Positions 53,500 through 63,741 of a stretch of DNA of 64,000 nucleotides are shown here, piece by piece (the first letter of the stretch is position 1; each line of letters begins with the position of its first letter). The DNA is from Lytechinus pictus (taxonomy: Eukaryota). Location of the stretch: positions 12,710,001 to 12,774,000 of the forward strand of contig NC_087252.1 of the NCBI RefSeq assembly GCF_037042905.1. Reading direction: 5' to 3'. The notes under the pieces were generated by a model that searched no databases, was not told the origin of the DNA, and was given only the letters and a program-made list of their open reading frames with translations. The position numbers and the translations under genes are program-made.

Positions 53500-56400
53500 T
53501 TAGGACACATCCTCATCACACACTTCGCGCTCGAATCCAATATTGTTTAGTAAAATTCTTATCCTGTTCATGATTTGAAAAAGTTTTACGAATGTTTAAT
53601 TTTTAGGTTGGAAAATACAAAACTGTCAGTTCGCTCTTCGCGCTTGCATTAATTGTTTAGATTGCTATCCTGTTCATAATGTGTGTTTTTTTAATACTAA
53701 TGAAGTCCAGTAATTAGGTTGTAAAATTAAAAAAAATATTTCACCTCTTACTTCGCGCTCGCATTCATTGTTTAGATTCCTATCCTGTTCATATTGTTTT
53801 AAGTACTAAGAATGTCTAGTATTAATAGGTTGGAAAATCGAAAACTTTCAGCTCGCGCTTCGCGCTCGCATTAATTGGTTAGATTCCTATCATGTTCATA
53901 TTCTTGTTAAGGTGCTATGAGTGTCCAGTTTTTAGGTTGGAAAATAAAAACTTTCAGCTCACGGTTCACGCTCGCATTCATTGTTTAGATTCCTATCATG
54001 TTCATATTTGTTTTAAAGTACTAAGAATGTCTAGTATTTATAGGTTGAAAAACCAAAAACTTTCAGCTCGCGCTTCGCGATCGCATTAATTGGTTAGATT
54101 CCTATCCTGTTCACATTTTTTAAATGTGCTATGAATGTCCAGTCTTTAGGTTGGAAAATAAAAACTTTCAGCTCACGCTTCGCTCTCGCATTCATTGTTT
54201 AGATTCCTATCATGCTCATGTTTTTTTTTATAAGTACTAAGAATGTCCAGATTTCAGGTTGGAAAATAAAAAACTTTCAGCTCCCGCTTCGCGCTTGCAT
54301 TCATTGTTTAGATTCCTATATCGTTGATTATTAAGTGCTTAGAATGTCTAGTTTTTAGGTTGGAAAATAAAAAACTTTCAGCTCCCGCTCGCTTCTATTT
54401 AGTTAAATTCCTATCCTGTTCATGATTTGAAAAAGTGTTAGGAATGTCCAGTTTTTAGGTTGGAAAATCAAAAGCTTTCAGCTTGCACTTCCCACTTGCA
54501 TTAATTGATTAGATTCCTATCCTGTTCACATTCCTTTTTAAGGTGCTATGAATGTCCAGTTTTTAGGTTGGAAAATAAAGATATTCAGCTCACGCTTCGC
54601 GCTCGCATTCATTGTTTAGATTCCTATCCTGTTCATGATTTTTTAAAGTACTAAGGATGTCTAGTATTTATAGGTTGGAAAACCAAAAACTTTCAGCTCG
54701 CGCTTCGCGATCGCATTAATTGGTTAGAATTCTATCCTGTTCACATTCTTTTTTAAGGTGCTATGAATGTCCAGTTTTTAGGTTGGAAAATAAAAACTTT
54801 CAGCTCACGCTTCGCTCTCGCATTCATTGTTAAGATTCCTATCATGCTCATGTTTTTTATAAGTACTAAGAATGTCCAGATGTTAGGTTCTAAAATAAAA
54901 AAAACTTTCAGCTCCCGCTTCGCGCTTGCATTCATTGTTTAGATTCCTATTTCGTTGATTATTAAGTGCTTAGAATGTCCAGTTTTTAGGTTGGAAAATA
55001 AAAAACTTCCAGCTTCCGCTTGCTTCTATTTAGTTAAATTCCTATCCTGTTTATGATTTGAAAAAGTGTTAGGAATGTCCAGTTTTTAGGTTGGAAAATC
55101 AAAAACTTTCAGCTTGCGCTTCCCACTTGCATTAATTGATTAGATTCCTATCCTGTTCACATTCCTTTTTAAGGTGCTATGAATGTCCAGTTTTTAGGTT
55201 GGAAAATAAAAACTTTCAGCTTGCGCTTCCCACTTGCATTAATTGGTTAGATTCCTATCCTGTTCACATTCCTTTTTAAGGTGCTATGAATGTCCAGATT
55301 TCAGGTTGGAAAATAAAAAACTTTCAGCTCCCGCTTCGCGCTTGCATTCATTGTTTAGATTCCTATTTCGTTGATTATTAAGTGCTTAGAATGTCCAGTT
55401 TTTAGGTTGGAAAATAAAAAAACTTCCAGCTCCCGCTTGCTTCTATTTAGCCAAATTCCTATCCTGTTCATGATTTGAAAAAGTGTTAGGAATGTCCAGT
55501 TTTTAGGTTGGAAAATCAAAAACTTTCAGCTTGCGCTTCCCACTTGCATTAATTGGTTAGATTCCTATCCTGTTCACATTCCTTTTTAAGGTGCTATGAA
55601 TGTCCAGATTTCAGGTTGGAAAATAAAAAACTTTCAGCTCCCGCTTCGCGCTTGCATTCATTGTTTAGATTCCTATTTCGTTGATTATTAAGTGCTATGA
55701 ATGTCCAGTTTTTAGGTTGTAAAATAAAAAACTTCCAGCTCCCGCTTGCTTCTATTTAGTTAAATTCCTATCCTGTTCATGATTTGAAAAAGTGTTAGGA
55801 ATGTCCAGTTTTTAGGTTGGAAAATCAAAAACTTTCAGCTTGCGCTCCCCACTTGCATTAATTGATTAGATTCCTATCCTGTTCACATTCCTTTTTAAGG
55901 TGCTATGAATGTCCAGTTTTTAGGTTGGAAAATAAAAACTTTCAGCTCACGCTTCGCGCTCGCATTCATTGTTTAGATTCCTATTCTGTTCATGATTTTT
56001 AAAATACTAAGGATGTCTTGTATTTATAGGTTGGAAAACCAAAAACTTTCAGCTCGCGCTTCACGCTCGCATTAATTGGTTAGATTCCTATCCTGTTCCG
56101 TTCTTTTTTAAGGTGCTATGAATGTCCAGTTTTTAGGTTGGAAAATAAAAACTTTCAGCTCACGCTTCTCTGTCGCATTCATTGTTTAGATTCCTATCAT
56201 GCTCATGTCTTTTATAATTACTAAGAATGTCCAGATGTAAGGTTGTAAAATAAAAAAACTTTCAGCTCCCGCTTCGCGCTCGCATTCATTGTTTAGATTC
56301 CTATTTCGTTGATTATTAAGTGCTTAAAATGTCCAGTTTTTAGGTTGAAAAATAAAAAACTTTCAGCTCCCGCTCGCTTCTATTTAGTTAAATTCCTATC

Positions 56401-58615
56401 CTGTTCATGATTTAAAAAAGTGTTAGGAATGTTCAGTTTTTAGGTTGGAAAATCAAAATCTTTCAGCTTGCGCTTCCCACTCGCATTAATTGATTAGATT
56501 CCTATCCTGTTCACATTTTTTTTTAAGGTGCTATGAATGTCCAGTTTTTAGGTTGGAAAATAAAAACTTTCAGCTCACGCTTCGCGCTCGCTTTCATTGT
56601 TTAGATTCCTATCCTGTTCATAATTTTTTAAAGTACTAAGGATGTCTAGTATTTATAGGTTTGAAAACCAAAAACTTTCAGCTCGCGCTTCGCGATCGCA
56701 TTAATTGGTTAGATTTCTATCCTGTTTATATTCCTTTTTAAGGTGCTATGAATGTCCAGTTTTTAGGTTGGAAAATTAAAACTTTCAGCTCACGCTTCGC
56801 GCTCGCTTTCATTGTTTAGATTCCTATCCTGTTCATATTTTTTTAAGTACTAAGAATGTCTAGTATTTATAGGTTGGAAAATCAAAAACTTTCAGCTCGC
56901 GCTTCGCGGTCGCATTAATTGGTTAGATTCCTATCCTGTTTTAATTCTTTTTAAGGTGCTATGAATGTCCAGATTTTAGGATGGAAAATAAAAACCTTTC
57001 AGCTCCCGCTTCGCGCTCGCATTAATTGTTTAGATTCCTATTTCGTTGATTATTAAGTGCTTAAAATGTCCAGTTGTTAGGTTAAAAAATCGAAAACTTT
57101 CAACTCGCGCTCGCATCTATTTATTGAAATTCCTATCCTGTTCATGATTTGAAAAAATGTTAGGAATGTCCAGTTTTTAGGTTGGAAAATCGAAAACTTT
57201 CAGCTCGCGCTTCGCGCTCGCATTAATTGATTAGTTTCCTATCCTGTTCACATTTTTTTAAAAAGTGCTATGAATGTCCCTTTTTTGCGCTCGCATTCAT
57301 TGTTTAGATTCCTATTTTGTTCATATTGTTTTAAGTACTAAGAATGTCTAGTATTAATAGGTTGGAAAATCGAAAACTTTCAGCTCGCGCTTCGCGCTCG
57401 CATTAATTGGTTAGATTCCTATCATGTTCATATTTTTTTAAAGTACTAAGAATGTCTAGTATTTATAGGTTGGAAAACCAAAAACTTTCAGCTCGCGCTT
57501 CGCGATCGCATTAATTGGTTAGATTTCTATCCTGTTCACATTTTTTAAATGTGCTATGAATGTCCAGTCTTTAGGTAGGAAAATAAAAACTTTCAGCTCA
57601 CGCTTCGCTCTCGCATTCATTGTTTAGATTCCTATCATGCTCATGTTTTTTTTATAAGTACTAAGAATGTCCAGATGTTAGGTTGTAAAATAAAAAAACT
57701 TTCAGCTCCCGCTTCGCGCTCGCATTCATTGTTTAGATTCCTATTTCGTTGATTATTAAGTGCTTAAAATGTCCAGTTTTTAGGTTGAAAAATAAAAAAC
57801 TTTCAGCTCCCGCTCGCTTCTATTTAGTTAAATTCCTATCCTGTTCATGATTTGAAAAAGTGTTAGGAATGTTCAGTTTTTAGGTTGGAAAATCAAAATC
57901 TTTCAGCTTGCGCTTCCCACTTGCATTAATTGATTAGATTCCTATCCTGTTCACATTCCTTTTTAAGGTGCTATGAATGTCCAGTTTTTAGGTTGGAAAA
58001 TAAAAACTTTCAGCTCACGCTTCGCGCTCGCATTCATTGTTTAGATTCCTATCCTGTTCATAGTTTTTTAAAGTACTAAGGATGTCTAGTATTTATAGGT
58101 TTGAAAACCAAAAACTTTCAGCTCGCGCTTCGCGATCGCATTAATTGGTTAGATTTTTATCCTGTTCATATTCCTTTTTAAGGTGCTATGAATGTCCAGT
58201 TTTTAGGTTGGAAAATAAAAACTTTCAGCTCACGCTTCGCGCTCGCTTTCATTGTTTAGATTCCTATCCTGTTCATATTTTTTTAAGTACTAAGAATGTC
58301 TAGTATTTATAGGTTGGAAAATCAAAAACTTTCAGCTCGCGCTTCGCGGTCGCATTAATTGGTTAGATTCCTATCCTGTTTTAATTCTTTTTAAGGTGCT
58401 ATGAATGTCCAGATTTTAGGATGGAAAATAAAAACCTTTCAGCTCCCGCTTCGCGCTCGCATTAATTGATAAGATTCCTATCCTGTTCACATTTTTTTAA
58501 AGGTGCTATGAATGTCCCTTTTTTGCGCTCGCATTCATTGTTTAGATTCCTATTTTGTTGATTATTAAGTGCTTAGAATATCAATTTTTAGGTTGGAAAA
58601 TTGAGACCTTTCACT
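53500..58615. repeat. ~107-bp tandem satellite (~48 units) with higher-order structure
   Basis: AATGTCCAGTTTTTAGGTTGGAAAAT.AAAACTTTCAGCTCGCGCTTCGCGCTCGCATT..TTAGATTCCTATCCTGTTCA recurs every ~101-109 bp. Confidence 0.95.
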
Positions 58616-58650
58616 TCCATTTTTAGTTAGGAATACCTCCCCTCTTCGAA

Positions 58651-58704
58651 ATATATATAAATATATATATATATATATGTGTGTGTGTGTTATGTGTGTG
58701 TGTT
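58651..58704. repeat. (TA)n(TG)n compound microsatellite
   Basis: Direct reading. Confidence 0.9.
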
Positions 58705-58759
58705 TGAGTTAGTAATTCTGTAGAACATAAAAACGGAAAACTCAATTGTGTCCCCCCCC

Positions 58760-59640
58760 CCTACCTTCAAGGAGAGATTTCCGCCCATGCCTCATACCTA
58801 TTCATATCTTTTCTTTTAATAACAAAACCGTACAAATCAACATCGGAATTGCTAATTGAATTATCTAAATGACCCTCAGTGGTAGAAAGAATATCAAATG
58901 GTTGGAGCCTAAGCTTTCCATTAAGACGATTAATTTTCGGCAATAAACTACATATATTCACAAGTGCAATTTTCAATCCCTTTTGTTTAAACGTAAATGC
59001 CAGTTGTGGTAACGATATCAAAATAAGTTCGTACAGAATCCAATGAAATGACCACCAAAGTGTCTCTTTGTATAAATAAAATATATATGCCAAAGGGTTC
59101 TGGAAGAAATTGTGTAATCGCTGAGAAATCAGCAATGCACAAGATTCGGGTCAAGCGTCGGGCCCGACATACAAAGCAATAATTATAGACAGTCCCACGT
59201 GCACTTATCTGTGTTGGTGATCTTCAGTGTGAAAATTTTTCAGCGTAGATTTCAAGATTTCACAAAGTTCAGTTTATGTAACTGTACCAGATCTAGATCC
59301 TCGATAATATACTGACAATTAGCATTGTTTTACAGACTTTCTCATGAAATCAGTGTTTAGTGCAAATACTGGCATTTCTCTTTAACATCACCATGATCAA
59401 TGGGATAATTACTGAGGACATCATCATCCCCGTCGTCAATTTTGTCATCTCTCTCATTTGGGAAGTTCGTTGATGGTGTTGTACTACTAAGAGTCTCAGG
59501 CAAGAAGTGATTTCTAGTTTTCTTCTTCCCACGATGACTCTTCCCCTTAATAGCAATGCCAAGTGATCTGATTCTCTGCCAGACGTCGTCACTTAGTCTA
59601 ATGCCGAAGTTGTGAATTAAGTCTATGAAGTTCAGCACTC
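58760..59640 (-). pseudogene. Decayed 5' part of a CR1/L2-group LINE ORF2 (APE endonuclease N-terminus)
   Basis: KGLKIALVNICSLLPKINRL..PFDILSTTEGHLDNSISNSDV.LYGFVIKRKDMNR matches the LINE endonuclease start (KGLKIAHLN.RSL..K..DI..SETWL..RKDRNR). The upstream VWQRIRSLGI..SHRGKK is a typical basic leader. Confidence 0.75.
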
Positions 59641-60370
59641 TCGTATGTTATTCGTAGATGGCGCTGTGCCTTGTCCTTTTCTCTGGAGTTACAAGCCTTG
59701 GCCTTGAGGATTTGGAGCTTTAAAATTTGAATGCATTTTCAAGTCTTTTCCAAACCATTACGAATTTTGTGCTTTCAAGTTTTTATGTAAAAAAATAGGT
59801 GAAGAAGATACAAAATAAATGAGGATTGACATTTTAAGAAAGTAAACGCGGTAAAAAAAAACATGAAATAAGAGTCCTTAAAATGATACATTTTCAGGTC
59901 ATTATTGGAATTTGCGCTCTCTTTAATGATAAAGTCCCTCAATCTTTTTTTTTATCCCTCACCAATCGTATCTATGAAGCGCACCCAATTTAATCAAATT
60001 ATCATCATTTTAAACATTTCATTTTCGTTAGTTTTATTTGAAATGAGTGGAAAGAATACAAAATAAAAAATATTGGAATTTAAAAGACGCTATGAGCAGG
60101 AAAGACCCGTGAAAACCGACAAAAGTGCCTAAAGTGACTCATTTTCCGGTCCGGATTTTAATATTTGAAACTTCGCTTTGCGCCCTTATTGTTGATCTAG
60201 TCCCCTTTTCCTTTATCTAGCTTGAATTACTTACTCTTGTGAAAACAGAGCTACAATTATACTTAAAACTTTGATCCCAAAGACTACTCCTCCACACCGT
60301 ACTAATATGTAGATGGAGGTTTCGGAACATGGACCCCAACAGTGTTACAACCAAGAAAGAGGGAGAATAA

Positions 60371-60427
60371 AAGAAAGAAAGAAAGAAAGAACGAAAGAAA
60401 GAAAGAATGAAAGAAAGAAAGAAAGAA
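60371..60427. repeat. (GAAA)n microsatellite
   Basis: Direct reading. Confidence 0.9.
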
Positions 60428-60454
60428 GGAAATGAAAAGAGGAAAGGGTGGAAT

Positions 60455-60787
60455 CGTCGTGGAGAAGCGGTTCTGACCCTTACCTTGTAATCATTGCGTC
60501 ATGTGTTCGAAACTCAGCGCGGCTTAACATCCTTTTGCGAGGCGTCAATCCACATTCCACCCATGTGCTAAATAGGTAACCGGTAGAATGCGAAAGCCCA
60601 AAGCAGTATGCCTAGCAATCGAGTCTCGGAACACTTATCAGAAAGCTCCCCAGTGAGTGGAAAACATCCATACATTGTGTGCAGGTATGCCAAGATCCGA
60701 TGACTGGGGTAATGATAATTGCAATTCGAATCTCTTAGATATGTATTAAATGTAAAATGTAACTATTATGTTATTATTATTATTATA
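60455..60787 (+). mobile_element. Decayed tRNA-derived SINE
   Basis: Degenerate box A (GTGGAGAAGCGG), box B (TGTTCGAAAC), SINE core-like CCACCCATGTGCTAAATAGGTAACCGG and a (TAT)n tail. Confidence 0.6.
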
Positions 60788-61120
60788 TCATATTTAATAT
60801 TTTCTCTAAATTTATCATACAACTTTAATTACATGTACATAGAGGATAATTGTTTGCTCGCTCAGTTCGCTCGCCCGCATCATTTTTTAATGTAAATGTT
60901 TGCCCAATATGCCGTGTCAGCCACCTAAACATTGTTGGCTCATTGTTCCGTACATCGTAGGTCTGAAATGCCTTTGTCATGCATTTGATGTTTAATGCAT
61001 TCCCCTTTGGTTTCCATGCCTTCCCCTTGGCCTCGGCCTCTGCCTTGGAGGTTTGGCTTTGACTACAACACTGGTACAGTTATCCCCACTCATATCCCTG
61101 TTCAGACCTGGGATCCTGGG

Positions 61121-61503
61121 AATCACACAAAATCTTTCCGAAACGAGAAATATCAAAACGAAACAGAACTATCTTAATACATATGGGATGTACAAAAAGA
61201 ATGAGAACGATACAATTTAAAATGGGCAATAATGAAACAAATCCAACTTGGCAATGCGGGGAATTTGCAACCTATGCTTAGACGAAAAACTCATTATCGC
61301 AACTCACAAGAAAAACTCACTCAACCAAAGGTCCGAACTAATCAGTACATGCCGTCACGAAAGAAGGAACAACGAACCGGCGGACCGTGAAATGCATCCA
61401 TTGCCCCAACCGAGGGCCCCCTCCAAATCCAACTAGCTTCAGTGTCCTGATGAGCCGCCTGTGATCGAGGCGCGAAACCATTGGTAGACCAGAGGTGACG
61501 AAA

Positions 61504-61506
<3 letters not shown>
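61121..61506 (+). mobile_element. 3' end of a Penelope-like retroelement (C-terminus of GIY-YIG endonuclease plus 3' repeat region)
   Basis: NHTKSFRNEKYQNETELS*YIW...CNLCLDEKLII..LNQRSELISTCRH is the characteristic Penelope-like C-terminal motif. It is followed by a hammerhead motif and abuts (TA)n. Confidence 0.82.
61444..61489 (+). ncRNA. Type I minimal hammerhead ribozyme
   Basis: Stem I GTC/GAC; core CTGATGA (61447-61453); stem II GCCGCCT/AGGCGC; GAAA (61474-61477); stem III ACC-ATT-GGT; cleavage triplet GUA (cut after 61486). Confidence 0.85.

Positions 61507-61554
<48 letters not shown>
61507..61554. repeat. (TA)24 microsatellite
   Basis: Direct reading. Confidence 0.97.
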
Positions 61555-61558
<4 letters not shown>

Positions 61559-61651
61559 AAAGAATGGATGAAGAGAACAAAGGTAGGCGTAGCTTATTAA
61601 AAATCAAGGTTCCCCAGAGCTATCTACCCTTTGGAAAAATTGGTGATGCCG

Positions 61652-61657
61652 AAAAAA
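61652..61657 (-). terminator. Pol III T6 terminator directly after the tRNA (present in all six units)
   Basis: The minus strand reads CAGAGAC-A-TTTTTT. Confidence 0.7.
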
Positions 61658-61729
61658 TGTCTCTGCCGGGAATTGAACCCGGGCCCCCAGCTTTGAACGC
61701 CGGTGCCTTAACCACTAGACCACAGAGAC
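61658..61729 (-). tRNA. tRNA-like gene, anticodon UCA (copy 1; T-loop TTCAATT)
   Basis: GTCTCTG/CAGAGAC acceptor stem; GTCT/AGGC D stem; CCGGC-GTTCAAA-GCTGG anticodon arm; 4-nt variable loop; CCGGG/CCCGG T stem; box A TGGTCTAGTGG. Confidence 0.72.
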
Positions 61730-62064
61730 GGGTTAGTGGCTAGGGCGACCCCGATCCGATTGACCGTCAGATAGACAGATTTTCGACACCATGCCAATTA
61801 TAATTTCCTTTGTCGGGTGAAGGTGGGTTTTAAACAATGACAAGCCGCCATGCCTCAGCTGGATCAAAGCTATTGCTTCGATACAGTACACGTATGGGAG
61901 AATACATACAAATGTGTAAAGTTATACATGTACAACAGCTTTTGGCAACTCTTTTTTATTTAAATATTGTAAAGAATGGATGAAGAGAACAAAGGTAGGC
62001 GTAGCTTAAATCAAGGTTCCCCAGAGCTATCTACCCTTTGGAAAAATTGGTGATGCCGAAAAAA

Positions 62065-62136
62065 TGTCTCTGCCGGGAATCGAACCCGGGCCCCCAGCTT
62101 TGAACGCCGGTGCCTTAACCACTAGACCACAGAGAC
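62065..62136 (-). tRNA. tRNA-like gene, anticodon UCA (copy 2)
   Basis: GTCTCTGTGGTCTAGTGGTTAAGGCACCGGCGTTCAAAGCTGGGGGCCCGGGTTCGATTCCCGGCAGAGACA; full 72-nt cloverleaf. Confidence 0.75.
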
Positions 62137-62471
62137 GGGTTAGTGGCTAGGGCGACCCCGATCCGATTGACCGTCAGATAGACAGATTTTCGACACCATG
62201 CCAATTATAATTTCCTTTGTCGGGTGAAGGTGGGTTTTGAACAATGACAAGCCGCCATGCCTCAGCTGGATCAAAGCTATTGCTTCGATACAGTACACGT
62301 ATGGGAGAATACATACAAATGTGTAAAGTTATACATGTACAACAGCTTTTGGCAACTCTTTTTTATTTAAATATTGTAAAGAATGGATGAAGAGAACAAA
62401 GGTAGGCGTAGCTTGAATCAAGGTTCCCCAGAGCTATCTACCCTTTGGAAAAATTGGTGATGCCGAAAAAA

Positions 62472-62543
62472 TGTCTCTGCCGGGAATCGAACCCGGGCCC
62501 CCAGCTTTGAACGCCGGTGCCTTAACCACTAGACCACAGAGAC
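62472..62543 (-). tRNA. tRNA-like gene, anticodon UCA (copy 3)
   Basis: Identical to copy 2. Confidence 0.75.
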
Positions 62544-62878
62544 GGGTTAGTGGCTAGGGCGACCCCGATCCGATTGACCGTCAGATAGACAGATTTTCGA
62601 CACCATGCCAATTATAATTTCCTTTGTCGGGTGAAGGTGGGTTTTGAACAATGACAAGCCGCCATGCCTCAGCTGGATCAAAGCTATTGCTTCGATACAG
62701 TACACGTATGGGAGAATACATACAAATGTGTAAAGTTATACATGTACAACAGCTTTTGGCAACTCTTTTTTTTTTAAATATTGTAAAGAATGGATGAAGA
62801 GAACAAAGGTAGGCGTAGCTTAAATTAAGGTTCCCCAGAGCTATCTACCCTTTGGAAAAATTGGTGATGCCGAAAAAA

Positions 62879-62950
62879 GGTCTCTGCCGGGAATCGAACC
62901 CGGGCCCCCAGCTTTGAACGCCGGTGCCTTAACCACTAGACCACAGAGAC
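62879..62950 (-). tRNA. tRNA-like gene, anticodon UCA (copy 4; discriminator C)
   Basis: As copy 2, but discriminator A>C. Confidence 0.72.
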
Positions 62951-63262
62951 GGGTTAGTGGCTAGGGCGACCCCGATCCGATTGACCGTCAGATAGACAGA
63001 TTTTCGACTCCATGCCAATTATAATTTCCTTTGTCGGGTGAAGGTGGGTTTTGAACAATGACAAGCCGCCATGCCTCAGCTGGATCAAAGCTATTGCTTC
63101 GATACAGTACACGTATGGGAGAATACATACAAATGTGTAAAGTTATACATGTACAACAGCTTTTGGCAACTCTTTTTTATTTAAATATTGTAAAGAATGG
63201 ATGAAGAGAACAAAGGTAGGCGAGCTATCTACCCTTTGGAAAAATTGGTGATGCCGAAAAAA

Positions 63263-63334
63263 TGTCTCTGCCGGGAATCGAACCCGGGCCCCCAGCTTTG
63301 AACGCCGGTGCCTTAACCACTAGACCACAGAGAC
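63263..63334 (-). tRNA. tRNA-like gene, anticodon UCA (copy 5)
   Basis: Identical to copy 2. Confidence 0.75.
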
Positions 63335-63669
63335 GGGTTAGTGGCTAGGGCGACCCCGATCCGATTGACCGTCAGATAGACAGATTTTCGACACCATGCC
63401 AATTATAATTTCCTTTGTCGGGTGAAGGTGGGTTTTGAACAATGACAAGCCGCCATGCCTCAGCTGGATCAAAGCTATTGCTTCGATACAGTACACGTAT
63501 GGGAGAATACATACAAATGTGTAAATTTATACATGTACAACAGCTTTTGGCAACTCTTTTTTAATTAAATATTGTAAAGAATGGATGAAGAGAACAAAGG
63601 TAGGCGTAGCTTAAATCAAGGTTCCCCAGAGCTATCTACCCTTTGGAAAAATTGGTGATGCCGAAAAAA

Positions 63670-63741
63670 TGTCTCTGCCGGGAATCGAACCCGGGCCCCC
63701 AGCTTTGAACGCCGGTGCCTTAACCACTAGACCACAGAGAC
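63670..63741 (-). tRNA. tRNA-like gene, anticodon UCA (copy 6)
   Basis: Identical to copy 2. Confidence 0.75.

Noticed and set aside
53500-58615. CRISPR-like or telomeric (TTAGG) array
   Set aside because: There are no unique spacers or cas genes. TTAGG occurs once per 107-bp unit, not in tandem.
61658-61729. Selenocysteine tRNA, mitochondrial tRNA-Trp(UCA) NUMT, or plain tRNA-Glu(TTC)
   Set aside because: No long variable arm or 9/4 fold. It is GC-rich with nuclear A/B boxes and has no flanking mitochondrial genes. Placing TTC at 34-36 destroys the anticodon stem.
61978-62050. Hammerhead ribozyme inside the 407-bp unit (ATGAAGA...hairpin...GAAA)
   Set aside because: The core reads AUGAAGA, not CUGANGA. 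The stem II closing pair is missing and no stem III or cleavage triplet fits.
62243-62275. SECIS element (ATGAC...GGAT)
   Set aside because: The upper helix is only ~4 bp and there is no correctly spaced AA loop.
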